Of a DNA stretch of 64,000 nt, positions 22,109 to 32,802 are shown in pieces (position 1 is the first letter of the stretch; every line of letters begins with the position of its first letter). The DNA comes from Dehalococcoidia bacterium. Its GTDB lineage: Bacteria > Chloroflexota > Dehalococcoidia > UBA2979. The notes under the pieces were generated by a model. The model was not told the DNA's origin. It did not search any database and saw only the letters and a program-made list of their open reading frames with translations. A program made the translations under genes and the position numbers. Where the stretch lies: contig OZ219871.1 in the NCBI GenBank assembly GCA_964291495.2, forward strand, positions 1,376,001-1,440,000, in the 5' to 3' direction.

Positions 22109-22449
22109 TGGAAGTACGTGCCGTCCACCGCGACGCGAAGGTGTCGCCGCGCAAGGTGCGGCTGATCCTCGAACTGATCCGCGGCAAGTCCGCGAGCGAG
22201 GCGCTGACGCTGCTGGAATTCCTGCCGCAGCCCTCGGCGCGGATGGTCTGGAAGGCGGTCAAGTCCGCGATGGCCAACGCCGAGAACAACTTCAACCTCA
22301 ACCCGGACGCGCTGGTCATCAAGCGCGCCGACGCCGGCGACGCGCGCACGCTGCGCCGCTACAAGGCGCGCTCGCGCGGCCGCGTCTCCCCGCGCCTCAA
22401 GCGCTACAGCCACATCGAGATCGTCGTAGACGGTGACGAGGTGTTCTGA
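22108..22449 (+). CDS. rplV: 50S ribosomal protein L22
   Basis: SPRKVR, SA.ANAENN, R.RGR...KR.SHI. Confidence 0.97.
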   Translation: MEVRAVHRDAKVSPRKVRLILELIRGKSASEALTLLEFLPQPSARMVWKAVKSAMANAENNFNLNPDALVIKRADAGDARTLRRYKARSRGRVSPRLKRYSHIEIVVDGDEVF

Positions 22450-23117
22450 TGGGTCGCAAGGTTCACCCCTACGGCTTCCGTGTCGGCGTGACGAAGCACT
22501 GGCAGGCGCGCTGGTTCAGCGAGCGCGACTACGCCGCGCTGGTCCACGAGGACCTGAGGATGCGCAGCATCGTGCTCGACAGCCTGCCTGACGCCGGCAT
22601 CTCCGAGATCACGATCGACCGCAACGCCAACCAGCTGACGCTGACCGTGCAGACCGCCAAGCCGGGCATCGTGATCGGCCGCGGCGGCGCCAACGTGGAG
22701 CAGCTGCGGAACGCCCTCGAGCGGGCGACCGATCGGCGCGTGCGGCTGAACATCGAGGAGATTCGCGTCCCGGAGATGGACGCCTACCTCGTCGCCCGCT
22801 CCGTGGCGGACCAGCTCGAGCGCCGCGTGGCGTTCCGGCGGGCGATGAAGCAGTCCCTGCAGCGCACGATGTCGCGCGGGGCGCTGGGCTGCAAGATCAA
22901 GATCGGCGGGCGCCTCGGCGGCGCCGAGATGTCCCGCTCCGAGTACGAGATGCAGGGCCGCGTGCCGCTGCACACGCTGCGCGCGGACATCGACTACGGC
23001 CTGGCCGAGGCGCGGACGACGTTCGGCGTGATCGGCGTGAAGTGCTGGATCTACAAGGGCGAGATCACGCCGGAGCGCTCGCCCTTCGTGCTCGCCGGCG
23101 GCGACGAGGCGGAGTAG
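22449..23117 (+). CDS. rpsC: 30S ribosomal protein S3
   Basis: [34 protein letters not shown]. Confidence 0.98.
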   Translation: MGRKVHPYGFRVGVTKHWQARWFSERDYAALVHEDLRMRSIVLDSLPDAGISEITIDRNANQLTLTVQTAKPGIVIGRGGANVEQLRNALERATDRRVRLNIEEIRVPEMDAYLVARSVADQLERRVAFRRAMKQSLQRTMSRGALGCKIKIGGRLGGAEMSRSEYEMQGRVPLHTLRADIDYGLAEARTTFGVIGVKCWIYKGEITPERSPFVLAGGDEAE

Positions 23118-23121
23118 CGCG

Positions 23122-23535
23122 ATGTTGATGCCTCGGCGCGTCCGTTACCGCAAACAGCACCGCGGCAAGCGCCGGGGCATGGCGCACACGGGCAACTCCG
23201 TGGCGTTCGGCGAGTGGGGCCTGCAGGCGCAGACCACTGGCTGGGTCGACGCCCGTCAGATCGAGGCGGCGCGGCGCGCGATCACCGGGTCGCTGCGACG
23301 TGGCGGCAAGGTCTGGATCCGTGTCTTCCCGGACAAGCCCGTCACCAAGAAGCCCGTCGAGACGCGCATGGGCAAGGGCAAGGGCGCGCCCGACCACTGG
23401 GTCGCCGTCGTCAAGCGCGGCCGTGTGATGTTCGAGGTGGCCGGTGTGCCCGAGGACGCGGTGCGTGAGGCTTTCCGCCGCGCCCACCACAAGCTGTCCG
23501 TCAAGACGAAGATGATCCCTCGCGAGGAAGTGTGA
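23122..23535 (+). CDS. rplP: 50S ribosomal protein L16
   Basis: [29 protein letters not shown]. Confidence 0.98.
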   Translation: MLMPRRVRYRKQHRGKRRGMAHTGNSVAFGEWGLQAQTTGWVDARQIEAARRAITGSLRRGGKVWIRVFPDKPVTKKPVETRMGKGKGAPDHWVAVVKRGRVMFEVAGVPEDAVREAFRRAHHKLSVKTKMIPREEV

Positions 23536-23795
23536 TGACCGCGCAGGAAACCGCCGATCTGCGGGCGCTGCCCTCGGACGAGCTCCAGCAGGAGCTCGAC
23601 GAGAGCCTGCGTGCGCTCTTCAACCTGCGCTTCCAGGCGGCGACGCGTCAGCTCGCCGACGTATCGCAGGTGCGCCAGGCGCGCCGCCGCGTTGCACGCG
23701 TGCGCACGCTGCTGCGCGAGCGCGAGATCCTGGCCGCGATCGCCGTGAACGGCGAGGCGCCCGAGAGCGACACCGATGAGGGGGAGCGGGAGTAA
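23535..23795 (+). CDS. rpmC: 50S ribosomal protein L29
   Basis: LFNLRFQ.AT.QL, R...ARV.T.LRE; operon position. Confidence 0.95.
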   Translation: MTAQETADLRALPSDELQQELDESLRALFNLRFQAATRQLADVSQVRQARRRVARVRTLLREREILAAIAVNGEAPESDTDEGERE

Positions 23796-23798
23796 GCC

Positions 23799-24665
23799 GT
23801 GGTTCAGGCCGAGCAGGCAGTTGAGCGCAAGGTGAACCGCAAGAGGCGGAGCGGCGTCGTGGTCTCGCACGGCAACGACAAGACCGTGATCGTGGCCGTC
23901 GCGTCCGCCTCGCGGCACCGGCTCTACCGCAAGGTGATCCGGCGCACGAAGCGCTACCCGGTGCACGACCCCGAGAACAGCGCCACCACGGGCGACCTCG
24001 TCGTCATCGAGGAGAGCCGGCCGATCAGCAAGACGAAGCGCTGGCGGCTGGTGGAGGTGATCACCGAGCGCGAGGTCGCCGAGGTCGCGCCGGAGTCGAT
24101 CGACGAGGCGCTGGTCGACGAGATGCAGCGCACCGCCGCTCGCGCCGCCGCCGAGGCGGAGGAGGCCGCGGAGGCGGCCGAAGAGCCCGCAGCGGAGGCC
24201 GAGACCGTAGAACCCACGGCAGAGGCCGAGGAGCCCGCGGCGGAGGCCGAGACCGAAGAGCCCGCGGCGGAGGCCGAGACCGAAGAGCCCGCAGCGGAGG
24301 CAGAGGCCGAGGAGCCCGCAGCGGAGGCAGAGGCCGAGGAGCCCGCAGCGGAGGCAGAGGCCGAGGAGCCCGCGGCGGAGGCAGAGGCCGAGGAGCCCGC
24401 GGCGGAGGCAGAGGCCGAGGAGCCCGCGGCGGAGGCAGAGGCCGAGGAGCCCGCGGCAGAGGCAGAGGCCGACGAGCCCGCGGCGGAGGCAGAGGCCGAA
24501 GAACCCGCGGCAGAGGCAGAGGCCGAGGAGCCCGCGGCGGAAGCCGAAGCCGAAGAGCCGACCGCCGAGGCCGAGGCGGAAGCTGAAGCCGAAGAGCCGA
24601 CCGCCGAGGCCGAGGCGGAAGCTGAAGAAGACGAAGAGAAGACCGAGGAGTCCGCAGCGCAATGA
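23799..24665 (+). CDS. rpsQ: 30S ribosomal protein S17 with very long acidic repeat tail
   Basis: G.VVS...DKTV.V, H.LY.K...[17 protein letters not shown]; about 190 extra residues follow. Confidence 0.95.
   Translation: MVQAEQAVERKVNRKRRSGVVVSHGNDKTVIVAVASASRHRLYRKVIRRTKRYPVHDPENSATTGDLVVIEESRPISKTKRWRLVEVITEREVAEVAPESIDEALVDEMQRTAARAAAEAEEAAEAAEEPAAEAETVEPTAEAEEPAAEAETEEPAAEAETEEPAAEAEAEEPAAEAEAEEPAAEAEAEEPAAEAEAEEPAAEAEAEEPAAEAEAEEPAAEAEADEPAAEAEAEEPAAEAEAEEPAAEAEAEEPTAEAEAEAEAEEPTAEAEAEAEEDEEKTEESAAQ
24180..24627 (+). repeat. 27-bp in-frame tandem repeat encoding EEPAAEAE(A/T); about 12 near-perfect consecutive units plus degenerate ones
   Basis: Repeated gaggagcccgc(g/a)gcggaggcagaggcc units. 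Confidence 0.95.
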
Positions 24666-25033
24666 TCCAGCAGGAGAGCCGGGTCAAGGTCGCCGACAAC
24701 TCGGGCGCGCGCGAGTTGCTCTGCATCCGCGTGCTCGGCGGCAGCGGCCGGCGCTACGCGCGCGTGGGCGACGTGATCGTCGCCACCGTGAAAGAGGCGC
24801 AGCCGAACAGCCCGGTGCCGAAGGGCGAGGTGGTGACGGCCGTGATCGTGCGCACCGCCAAGCCGTTCCAGCGCCCCGACGGCTCCTCGATCCGCTTCGA
24901 CGAGAACGCGGCCGTCGTGCTCGCCGACCGCGAGGGCAACCCGCGCGGGACGCGCATCTCCGGGCCAGTCGCGCGCGAGCTGCGCGACCGCCAGTTCATG
25001 CGCATCGTCTCGCTTGCCCCGGAGGTGCTGTGA
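24662..25033 (+). CDS. rplN: 50S ribosomal protein L14
   Basis: MIQQES...[23 protein letters not shown]. Confidence 0.98.
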   Translation: MIQQESRVKVADNSGARELLCIRVLGGSGRRYARVGDVIVATVKEAQPNSPVPKGEVVTAVIVRTAKPFQRPDGSSIRFDENAAVVLADREGNPRGTRISGPVARELRDRQFMRIVSLAPEVL

Positions 25034-25350
25034 TGGCCTCCAAGATCCGGCGGCGCGACACCGTGCAGGTGCAGACCGGCAAGGACCGCGGCCGGCGCGG
25101 CGAGGTGCGACAGGTGCTGCGCGGCGCGCAGCGCGTGATCGTGACCGGCGCGAACATGGTCAAGAAGCACCGCCGCTCGCGCAGCCCTACGGCGCCATCC
25201 GAGATCCTCGAGGTGGAGGCGCCCCTGCACATCTCGAACGTGGCGCTGGTCTGCGGCGGTTGCGACGAGCCGACGCGGGTCGGCTTCCGCGTGCTCGGCG
25301 ACGGCCGCAAGGTCCGCTACTGCAAGTCCTGTGACGAGGCGATCGACTGA
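25033..25350 (+). CDS. rplX: 50S ribosomal protein L24
   Basis: [19 protein letters not shown]. Confidence 0.97.
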   Translation: MASKIRRRDTVQVQTGKDRGRRGEVRQVLRGAQRVIVTGANMVKKHRRSRSPTAPSEILEVEAPLHISNVALVCGGCDEPTRVGFRVLGDGRKVRYCKSCDEAID

Positions 25351-25916
25351 TGAGCGAACAGAACAACGGCTACACACCCCGGCTGCTGGCCCGCTACCAG
25401 CAGGAGGTGCACGACGCGCTGATGCGCGAGTTCGGCTACGGCAACCCGATGCAGGCGCCGACGCTGGAGAAGATCAACGTCAACGTCGGCCTCGGCGAGG
25501 CGCTCGACAACGCCCGTGCGATCGAGACGGCGACGACCGACCTCAAGGCGATCACCGGGCAGCAGCCGGTGGTCACCAGGGCGAAGCGCGCGATCTCCAA
25601 CTTCCGGCTGCGCGCGGGCAACCCGATCGGGCTGAAGCTGACGCTGCGCGGCGTGCGCATGTGGGAGTTCTACGACCGCCTCGTGAACATCGCGCTGCCG
25701 CGCGTGCGCGACTTCCGGGGGGTGCCGGAGCACTCGTTCGATGGGCGCGGCAACTTCGCGCTGGGGATTCGCGAGCAGATGATCTTCCCGGAGATCAACT
25801 ACGACAGCGTCGATCGCGTGCGCGGGCTGCAGGTCAACATCATTACCAGCGCGCGCAACGACGAAGAAGGCAAGCGGCTGCTGGAACTGCTCGGCATGCC
25901 GTTCCGGCGGACGTAG
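25350..25916 (+). CDS. rplE: 50S ribosomal protein L5
   Basis: [29 protein letters not shown]. Confidence 0.98.
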   Translation: MSEQNNGYTPRLLARYQQEVHDALMREFGYGNPMQAPTLEKINVNVGLGEALDNARAIETATTDLKAITGQQPVVTRAKRAISNFRLRAGNPIGLKLTLRGVRMWEFYDRLVNIALPRVRDFRGVPEHSFDGRGNFALGIREQMIFPEINYDSVDRVRGLQVNIITSARNDEEGKRLLELLGMPFRRT

Positions 25917-25933
25917 GCGGCGAGGACGGGATC

Positions 25934-26137
25934 ATGGCGCGAAAATCGCTGATCGCGAAGGCCCAGCGCGAGCCGAAGTTCTCGGCGCGGAAGGTCAACC
26001 GCTGCCCGGTGGTGTGGCGCTCGCGGCCGTGCGGCCGCGCTCGCGGCTATATGCGCCGCTTCGAGATGTGCCGCATCTGTTTCCGCACGCTCGCCAACCA
26101 GGGAAAGCTCCCCGGCGTCCGCAAGTCATCGTGGTAG
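25934..26137 (+). CDS. rpsN: 30S ribosomal protein S14, short Zn-binding type, with insertion in the first CxxC
   Basis: MARKSLIAK...NRC-x8-CGR.R...[20 protein letters not shown]. Confidence 0.95.
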   Translation: MARKSLIAKAQREPKFSARKVNRCPVVWRSRPCGRARGYMRRFEMCRICFRTLANQGKLPGVRKSSW

Positions 26138-26177
26138 CCGGGACGCCGAGGAAGCAACAGGAAGGGAGCACGAGCGC

Positions 26178-26576
26178 ATGAGCATGTCCGATCCGCTCGC
26201 CGACATGTGCACCCGCATCCGCAACGCCGTCATGGCGAAGCACGAGAGCGTGCGCGTCCCCGCCTCCAAGGTGAAGCGCGCGATCGCCGACGTGCTTCAG
26301 TCCGAGGGCTTCATCGCGGGCTATTCGGAGGAGCAGGACGGCAGCCGCAGCTATCTGCGGCTGCGGCTGAACTATGTGAGCGACCAGCAGGCCGCGATCG
26401 GCGGCATCCGCCGCGTCTCGCGGCCGGGCCTGCGCGTCTACGTGAACAAGCGCGAGATTCCGCGCGTCTACGGCGGACTCGGCGTGGCGATCATGAGCAC
26501 CTCCAGCGGCGTGATGACCGGCCAGGAAGCCTGGCGTCGCAACGTCGGCGGCGAAGTGCTCTGCTACGTCTGGTAG
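26178..26576 (+). CDS. rpsH: 30S ribosomal protein S8
   Basis: DPLADM.TRIRNA, RVSRPGLRVY, GGEVLCYVW. Confidence 0.98.
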   Translation: MSMSDPLADMCTRIRNAVMAKHESVRVPASKVKRAIADVLQSEGFIAGYSEEQDGSRSYLRLRLNYVSDQQAAIGGIRRVSRPGLRVYVNKREIPRVYGGLGVAIMSTSSGVMTGQEAWRRNVGGEVLCYVW

Positions 26577-26601
26577 CGGCGAGGAAACGAGGAGCAGCGA
26601 G

Positions 26602-27135
26602 ATGTCCCGCGTCGGCAAGGCGCCGGTCCCGATCCCCGATGGCGTCGAGGTGACCCTTGACGGCGGCCGCTGCCACGTGCGCGGTCCGCGGGGCGACCTG
26701 CAGCAGCAACTGCGCGCGGAGATGGACGTGCGCATCGAGGACGGCGTGCTGACCGTGCACCGCCCCTCGGACGCGCCCACGCACCGCGCGCTGCACGGGC
26801 TGACGCGCGCGCTGATCCACAACATGGTCGTCGGCGTCACCGAGGGCTTCCGCAAGACCCTCGAGATCCACGGCACCGGCTACCGCGCCGAGATGCGCGG
26901 CGACTCGCTGGTGCTCAACGTCGGCTTCTCCCACCAGGTGCAACTCGACCCGATCGAGGGCGCGACCTTCGAGCTGGAGACGCCGACCGTCGTGCATATC
27001 GACGGCATCGACAAGCAGATCGTCGGCCAGCAGGCCGCGCTCGTGCGCCGCGTGCGGCCGCCCGAGCCCTACCAGGGCAAGGGCATCCGCTACCGCGGCG
27101 AGCAGGTGCGCCGCAAGGCCGGCAAGCGGACGTAG
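26602..27135 (+). CDS. rplF: 50S ribosomal protein L6
   Basis: MSRVGK.P, GL.RALI.NMV.GV, PEPY.GKGIRY. Confidence 0.98.
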   Translation: MSRVGKAPVPIPDGVEVTLDGGRCHVRGPRGDLQQQLRAEMDVRIEDGVLTVHRPSDAPTHRALHGLTRALIHNMVVGVTEGFRKTLEIHGTGYRAEMRGDSLVLNVGFSHQVQLDPIEGATFELETPTVVHIDGIDKQIVGQQAALVRRVRPPEPYQGKGIRYRGEQVRRKAGKRT

Positions 27136-27155
27136 GACGAGGCGGGGAAGCAGCG

Positions 27156-27524
27156 ATGGGCAGCGACCAACAGACACGGCGAGCCGCGCGCCTGCGCCGC
27201 CACCGGCGCCTGCGCAAGCGCGTCCACGGCGTGCCGGAGCGGCCGCGGCTCTGCGTCTATCGCTCCGCGCGCTACATCTACGCGCAGCTGATCGACGACG
27301 ACGCCGGACGCACGCTGGTGCAGGCGTCCGACATCGAGCCCTCGCTGCGCGAGGGCGCCGGCGAGACGAAGGTCGAGCGCGCGCGCGCCGTCGGCGAGCT
27401 GGTCGCGAAGCGCGCCCGCGAGGCCGGGCACGAGGCCGTGGTCTTCGATCGCGGCGGATTCGCCTACAAGGGACGGGTGCGCGCGCTGGCCGAGGCAGCG
27501 CGCGAGGAAGGCCTGGTCTTCTGA
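27156..27524 (+). CDS. rplR: 50S ribosomal protein L18
   Basis: [27 protein letters not shown]. Confidence 0.98.
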   Translation: MGSDQQTRRAARLRRHRRLRKRVHGVPERPRLCVYRSARYIYAQLIDDDAGRTLVQASDIEPSLREGAGETKVERARAVGELVAKRAREAGHEAVVFDRGGFAYKGRVRALAEAAREEGLVF

Positions 27525-28099
27525 TGGTCCAACAGCAGGGCGGACGTGGCGGCCGGGGCGGCGGACGCGGCCAGCGCGGCGAGCGCGGGCGGCGCGACCG
27601 GCGCCGCGATGCCGATCCCGAGGGCCCCGACTACATCGAGAAGGTCGTGCACATCAACCGCGTCGCGAAGGTCGTGAAGGGCGGGCGGCGCTTCTCCTTC
27701 ACCGCCATCGTCGTCGTCGGCGACGGCGAGGGCCGCGTCGGCTTCGGCATGGGCCGCGCCAACGAGGTGCCCGAGGCGATTCGCAAGGGCGGCGTGATCG
27801 CGCGCCGCTCGATGACGACGATCGCGCTCCATCAGGGCACGATCGCGCACGAGACGATCGCCCGCTTCAAGGCCTCGAAGGTCGTGATGCGCCCCGCCGC
27901 GCCCGGCACCGGCATCATCGCCGGCGGCGGCGTGCGCGCCGTCCTCGAGGCGGCCGGCGTGACCGACGTGCTGACCAAGTCGCTCGGCTCCAACAACCCC
28001 GTCAACCTCGTGCGCGCGACCGTCGAGGGGCTGGTCGCGCTGCGGCACCCGGGCGCCGTCGTCTCGGCGCGGCGGGCGCTGGTGGAGGCGGGCTCGTGA
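27524..28099 (+). CDS. rpsE: 30S ribosomal protein S5
   Basis: [32 protein letters not shown]. Confidence 0.98.
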   Translation: MVQQQGGRGGRGGGRGQRGERGRRDRRRDADPEGPDYIEKVVHINRVAKVVKGGRRFSFTAIVVVGDGEGRVGFGMGRANEVPEAIRKGGVIARRSMTTIALHQGTIAHETIARFKASKVVMRPAAPGTGIIAGGGVRAVLEAAGVTDVLTKSLGSNNPVNLVRATVEGLVALRHPGAVVSARRALVEAGS

Positions 28100-28278
28100 G
28101 CAAGCTGCGCATCACCTGGACGAAGTCGGCGATCGGCTACGCGGAGCGCCAGAAGGCGACGATCCGCGCGCTCGGGCTGAAGCGCATCCGCCACAGCGTC
28201 GAGCACGACGACACGCCGTCGATCCGCGGGATGGCGCACAGGGTCCGGCACCTCGTGACGGTCGAGGAGGTCGAGTAG
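28096..28278 (+). CDS. rpmD: 50S ribosomal protein L30
   Basis: KSAIG....QKATI.ALGL, IRGM...V.HLV. Confidence 0.97.
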   Translation: MSKLRITWTKSAIGYAERQKATIRALGLKRIRHSVEHDDTPSIRGMAHRVRHLVTVEEVE

Positions 28279-28779
28279 GTGGATCAGCACAAGCTGCAAC
28301 CGCCGAAGGGCGCGAAGAAGTCCCGCATCCGGCGCGGTCGCGGCAACGCGTCCGGCAAGGGCACGTACTCCGGGCGCGGACTGAAGGGCCAGAAGTCGCG
28401 CTCCGGCGGCAAGGTCCGGCCCGGCTTCGAGGGCGGCCAGATCCCGCTGATCCGCCGCCTCGCCCGCAAGCCTGGCTTCCGCAACTTCTCTCGCGTCGAG
28501 TTCCAGGCCGTGAACCTGCGCGACATCGCCGCCCGCTTCGAGGCCGGCGCCGAGGTCGACGCCGAGGCGCTCGCCGCCGCGCGGCTGATCGACGGTCCCG
28601 ACGAGCCCTTCAAGGTGCTCGCCGACGGCGAGCTCGGCCACGCGCTGACGGTGCGCGCGCCGCGCCTCTCGGCCGCTGCCAAGGAGGCGATCAGCGCCGC
28701 GGGCGGCAGCTTCGAGGAGCTGGCCCCGGCCGTGAAGCGCGTCCGCAACCGCATCCACCGCCGCGGGGAGGGCAGCTAG
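28279..28779 (+). CDS. rplO: 50S ribosomal protein L15
   Basis: GRG..SG.G..SGRG.KGQKSRSG, GFEGGQ.PL. Confidence 0.98.
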   Translation: MDQHKLQPPKGAKKSRIRRGRGNASGKGTYSGRGLKGQKSRSGGKVRPGFEGGQIPLIRRLARKPGFRNFSRVEFQAVNLRDIAARFEAGAEVDAEALAAARLIDGPDEPFKVLADGELGHALTVRAPRLSAAAKEAISAAGGSFEELAPAVKRVRNRIHRRGEGS

Positions 28780-30117
28780 GTGGCTCAGCAGGAAGCGCCG
28801 GCGGCCCGTCCGCGGCTGCTTCAGGCCGCCGTCGATGCCTTCGGGCAGCCGGACGTGCGGAAGAAGATCCTCTTCACGCTCGCGATGCTGCTCGTCTTCC
28901 GCTTCGTCGCCCATGTCCCCGTGCCGGGCGTCAACTCCGACCGCCTGCAGGACGTCTTCGACAACAACGCGATCCTCGGCTTCCTCAACATCTTCTCGGG
29001 TGGCGCGCTGGAGAACCTCTCCGTCGCCGCGCTCGGCGTCTACCCGTACATCACCGCCTCGATCGTCATGCAGCTCGCCGTGCCGCTGATGCCGCGGCTG
29101 CAGGCGCTCTCCCGCGAGGGCGAGTCCGGCCGCCAGAAGATCCAGGTCTACACGCACTGGCTGACAGTGCCGCTCGCCTTCTTCCAGGGCTACGCGCAGT
29201 TGCTGCTCATCCAGCAGTTCGGCGGCATCGAGGACATCGGGCTGGGCGGGGGCAACGCGCTGCCCACGATCGCCACGATCATCTCGATGGTGGCGGGCAC
29301 GATGTTCCTCGTCTGGCTCGGCGAGCTGATCTCGGAGGAGGGCATCGGCAACGGCATCTCGCTGATCATCTTCGGCGGCATCGTGGCCGGGCTGCCGGGC
29401 ATCATCGGCCGCAGCACGCTCACGGGCACGGCCGCACTGACCGGCGGCATCTTCCTGCTGGTCGTGATCACGATCGCGGTGATCGCGATGATCGTGCTCT
29501 TCCAGGAGGCGCAGCGCCGCATCCCCGTGCAGTACGCACGCTCCACGATCCGCGGAGGGCGGATGTACCGTCAGCAGGGCCAGACGCACATCCCGCTGCG
29601 CGTCAACAGCGCCGGGATGATCCCGCTGATCTTCGCCTTCTCGATCATGATCTTCCCGCCCGTGGCCGCGCAGTTCCTCGCGGAGACCTCGGACATCGGC
29701 TGGATCACGAGCGTCGCGAGGTTCTTCGAGAACGCGCTGACGCCGGAGAACTTCCCGTACTGGGCCCTCGTCTTCGTGCTGGTGATGCTGTTCACGTTCT
29801 TCTACACGATGGTGCAGTTCCAGCAGCAGAACCTGGCCGAGAACCTGCAGCGCCAGGGCGGCTTCATCCCCGGCATCCGGCCCGGCCGGCCGACGCAGGA
29901 GTACATCACGCGGGTGCTGGTGCGGATCACCTGGGGTGGCGCGATCTTCCTCGGCTTCATCTCCGTGCTGCCCTTCTTCGCGACCGATCTGACGGGCGTC
30001 CAGGCGCTGCAGATCAGCGCCGCCGGGTTGCTGATCGTCGTCGGTGTCGTGATCGACACGATGCGCCAGCTGGAGGCGCAGATGCTGATGCGCAACTACG
30101 AGGGGTTCATCGGATGA
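28780..30117 (+). CDS. secY: Preprotein translocase subunit SecY
   Basis: ALGVYPYITASI, GIGNGISL, AGMIPLIFA, GGFIPGIRPG. Confidence 0.98.
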   Translation: MAQQEAPAARPRLLQAAVDAFGQPDVRKKILFTLAMLLVFRFVAHVPVPGVNSDRLQDVFDNNAILGFLNIFSGGALENLSVAALGVYPYITASIVMQLAVPLMPRLQALSREGESGRQKIQVYTHWLTVPLAFFQGYAQLLLIQQFGGIEDIGLGGGNALPTIATIISMVAGTMFLVWLGELISEEGIGNGISLIIFGGIVAGLPGIIGRSTLTGTAALTGGIFLLVVITIAVIAMIVLFQEAQRRIPVQYARSTIRGGRMYRQQGQTHIPLRVNSAGMIPLIFAFSIMIFPPVAAQFLAETSDIGWITSVARFFENALTPENFPYWALVFVLVMLFTFFYTMVQFQQQNLAENLQRQGGFIPGIRPGRPTQEYITRVLVRITWGGAIFLGFISVLPFFATDLTGVQALQISAAGLLIVVGVVIDTMRQLEAQMLMRNYEGFIG

Positions 30118-30133
30118 GGCAGGTGGCGCTGCG

Positions 30134-30706
30134 ATGAAGATGGTGCTGCTGGGACTGATCGGCGCCGGCAAGGGCACGCAGGCGAAGCTGGTCGCCGAGC
30201 GCCGCGGCCTGCTCCACGTCTCGACCGGCGACATGCTGCGCGAGGCCGTCGCCCAGGGCACGGCGCTCGGCACGCAGGCCAACGACCACATGTCCCGAGG
30301 CGAGCTGGTCCCGGACGAGCTGGTGATCGGCATGCTGCTGGAGCGAATCGGCCAGCCGGACGCCGCCGCCGGCTTCATCCTCGATGGCTTCCCGCGCACC
30401 GTCGCGCAGGCGGAGGCGCTGCAGACCGCCCTCGAGGCGGCGTCGCAGGGCATCGACATCGTGCCCTTCATTCGCGTGCCGGAGGCGATGCTGCTGGAGC
30501 GCATCGCGAAGCGCGCGGAGATCGAGGGGCGCGTCGACGACGCGCCCGAGGTCGCGCAACGCCGCCTGCGGGAGCAGGCGGAGGGCCTCGAGGGCGTTGC
30601 CGGCTTCTACGGCGAGCACGGCACGCTCTGCGACGTGGACGGCGTCGGGAGCGTGGACGAGGTGTTCGAGCGGCTGGATGCGGAGTTGGAGCGGGTATCC
30701 GCTTGA
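30134..30706 (+). CDS. adk: Adenylate kinase (short-LID type)
   Basis: G..GAGKGTQ, STGDMLR, GELVPD, GFILDGFPRT. Confidence 0.96.
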   Translation: MKMVLLGLIGAGKGTQAKLVAERRGLLHVSTGDMLREAVAQGTALGTQANDHMSRGELVPDELVIGMLLERIGQPDAAAGFILDGFPRTVAQAEALQTALEAASQGIDIVPFIRVPEAMLLERIAKRAEIEGRVDDAPEVAQRRLREQAEGLEGVAGFYGEHGTLCDVDGVGSVDEVFERLDAELERVSA

Positions 30707-30762
30707 TGGAGCACCGGACCCGGCAGGTACCGGGCCCGGCGGAGAGGGCGTAACATAGATCG

Positions 30763-31584
30763 ATGTCCGTCGTCATCAAGTCGCCGGATGAGATCGCGAT
30801 CATGCGCGAGGCCGGAAGGCTGAACGCGGAGGTGCGCAGGCTCCTCCTTGACGCGATCGCTCCGGGTGTAACGGGCCGTGAGCTGGACGAGCTGGCGAAG
30901 GCGGAGATCGCGCGTCGTGGCGCGACGCCCACCTTCGTCGGCTACGCGCCGGGCGGGCGGCCTCCCTACCCCGGCGCGATCTGCTACTCGGTGAACGCGC
31001 AGCTGGTGCACGGCATACCGGGCGACCTGCCGCTGCGGGAGGGCGATATCGTCAGCATCGACCTGGGAGTGACCTGGCGCGGCTACGTCTCCGATGCGGC
31101 CTTCACGGCCGCCGTCGGCGAGGTGCCGCCGAAGGTGCGGCGATTGCTTGAGCGCACCGAGGCGTCGCTCCATGCCGGGATCGAGCACGCCGTCGCCGGG
31201 AACCGCATCGGCGACGTGTCGAGCGCGATCGGCGCCGTCGGCCACGAGGAGGGCTACGGCATCATTCGCGAGTACGGAGGGCACGGCGTCGGCAGGACCA
31301 TGCACGAGGAGCCGCACATCCCGAACTACGGCCGGCCCGGCGTGGGCCACCAGCTGAAGCCGGGCATGGTGGTGGCCCTGGAGCCGATGTTCAGCCTCGG
31401 GGCTGAGGCCACGGAGGAGGAAGCGGACCGCTGGACCGTGCGCATGCGCGATGGCAGCCTGTGCGCCCACTTCGAGGAGACGATCGCGGTCACCGAAGGT
31501 GCGCCGGAGATCCTCACCAGCATGGGCCGCCTGGACGACGCGCGCGAGGGCGCAGCAGCGGCCACGACAGGGGGCGCCGCCTGA
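30763..31584 (+). CDS. map: Methionine aminopeptidase type I
   Basis: SVN...VHGIP, GDIVSID, GHGVG..MHEEP, EPM, AHFE.T. Confidence 0.97.
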   Translation: MSVVIKSPDEIAIMREAGRLNAEVRRLLLDAIAPGVTGRELDELAKAEIARRGATPTFVGYAPGGRPPYPGAICYSVNAQLVHGIPGDLPLREGDIVSIDLGVTWRGYVSDAAFTAAVGEVPPKVRRLLERTEASLHAGIEHAVAGNRIGDVSSAIGAVGHEEGYGIIREYGGHGVGRTMHEEPHIPNYGRPGVGHQLKPGMVVALEPMFSLGAEATEEEADRWTVRMRDGSLCAHFEETIAVTEGAPEILTSMGRLDDAREGAAAATTGGAA

Positions 31585-31850
31585 TGGCGAAGGGACGCCA
31601 GAAGCAGCGGACGCAACGCCAGGCGCAGCAGCGCAAGAAGAAGGAGGTCATCGAGGTCGAGGGCGTCGTGAAGGACGCGCTCCCCAACGCCCAGTTCGAC
31701 GTCGAGCTGGCGAACGGGCACCACGTGCTGGCGCACGTCTCCGGGCGGATGAAGATGCACTACATCCGCATCCTGCTCGGGGACCGCGTGCTCGTGGAGC
31801 TGAGCCCCTACGACCTCACCCGGGGACGGATCACGTACCGCTTCCGCTAG
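31584..31850 (+). CDS. infA: Translation initiation factor IF-1
   Basis: [38 protein letters not shown]. Confidence 0.97.
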   Translation: MAKGRQKQRTQRQAQQRKKKEVIEVEGVVKDALPNAQFDVELANGHHVLAHVSGRMKMHYIRILLGDRVLVELSPYDLTRGRITYRFR

Positions 31851-31879
31851 CGCGGCAGCGGCGCCCCGAGGAGCAAACG

Positions 31880-31993
31880 ATGAAGGTACAAGCGTCGATC
31901 AAGAAGCGTTGTGACCGCTGCCAGATCATCCGCAGGCACGGCCGCCTGCGGGTGATCTGCGTGATTCCGCGGCACAAGCAGCGCCAGGGCTAG
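31880..31993 (+). CDS. rpmJ: 50S ribosomal protein L36 (Zn-binding)
   Basis: [14 protein letters not shown]...VIC...HKQRQG. Confidence 0.97.
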   Translation: MKVQASIKKRCDRCQIIRRHGRLRVICVIPRHKQRQG

Positions 31994-32003
31994 GAGGACG
32001 CGA

Positions 32004-32384
32004 ATGGCTCGCGTCGCAGGCGTCGAGATCCCCAACGACAAGCGGTTCGAGTTCTCGCTGCCGTACGTCTACGGCATCGGGCGCTCCCGCGCCCGTCAGA
32101 TCGCTGAGCAGATCGGCGTCCCGCTGGACACGATGGTGCGGGATCTGACCGAGGAGCAGCTCGTTCGCCTGCGCGCCGTCGTCGAGGGCGAGTACACGGT
32201 GGAGGGAGACCTCCGCCGCGAGGTGCGCCAGAACATCCAGCGGCTGATCGAGATCAACTGCTACCGCGGCTACCGCCATCGCCGCGGGCTGCCCGTGCGC
32301 GGGCAGCGCACCAAGACCAACGCACGCACGCGCCGCGGCTCCCGGCGAACCGTCGCCGGCAAGCGCCGCGTCGCGCGGAAGTAA
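32004..32384 (+). CDS. rpsM: 30S ribosomal protein S13
   Basis: [34 protein letters not shown]. Confidence 0.98.
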   Translation: MARVAGVEIPNDKRFEFSLPYVYGIGRSRARQIAEQIGVPLDTMVRDLTEEQLVRLRAVVEGEYTVEGDLRREVRQNIQRLIEINCYRGYRHRRGLPVRGQRTKTNARTRRGSRRTVAGKRRVARK

Positions 32385-32399
32385 GGGAGCGTCGCGAGT

Positions 32400-32783
32400 A
32401 TGGGTGGTCGACGCGGTCGGCGTCGCGAGCGCAAGTCCGTCCCACGGGGCCGGGCTTACATCCGCTCGACCTTCAACAACACGCTGATCACGATGACCGA
32501 TCCGAACGGGAACGTGATCGCCTGGGGCTCCGGCGGCACCGCCGGCTTCCGCGGCTCGCGCAAGAGCACGCCCTACGCGGCCCAGCTCGCCGCCGAGGAC
32601 GCCGCCTCCAAGGCGGTGGAGCACGGCATGCGCGAGGTGGACGTCTACATCCGCGGGCCCGGAGCGGGCCGCGAGGCAGCCGTCCGCGCGCTGCAGGCGA
32701 GCGGCGTGCGCGTCTCCTCGATCCGCGACGTCACCCCGATCCCGCACAACGGTTGCCGCGCGCGGCGGCGGCCGCGGAACTAG
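32400..32783 (+). CDS. rpsK: 30S ribosomal protein S11
   Basis: [25 protein letters not shown]. Confidence 0.98.
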   Translation: MGGRRGRRRERKSVPRGRAYIRSTFNNTLITMTDPNGNVIAWGSGGTAGFRGSRKSTPYAAQLAAEDAASKAVEHGMREVDVYIRGPGAGREAAVRALQASGVRVSSIRDVTPIPHNGCRARRRPRN

Positions 32784-32802
32784 CGGCGAGGAGAGCGAGC
32801 AG

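Noticed and set aside
24180-24627. Regular repeat array as a possible CRISPR
   Set aside because: Units are contiguous with no unique spacers, are in frame within rpsQ, and no cas genes are present.
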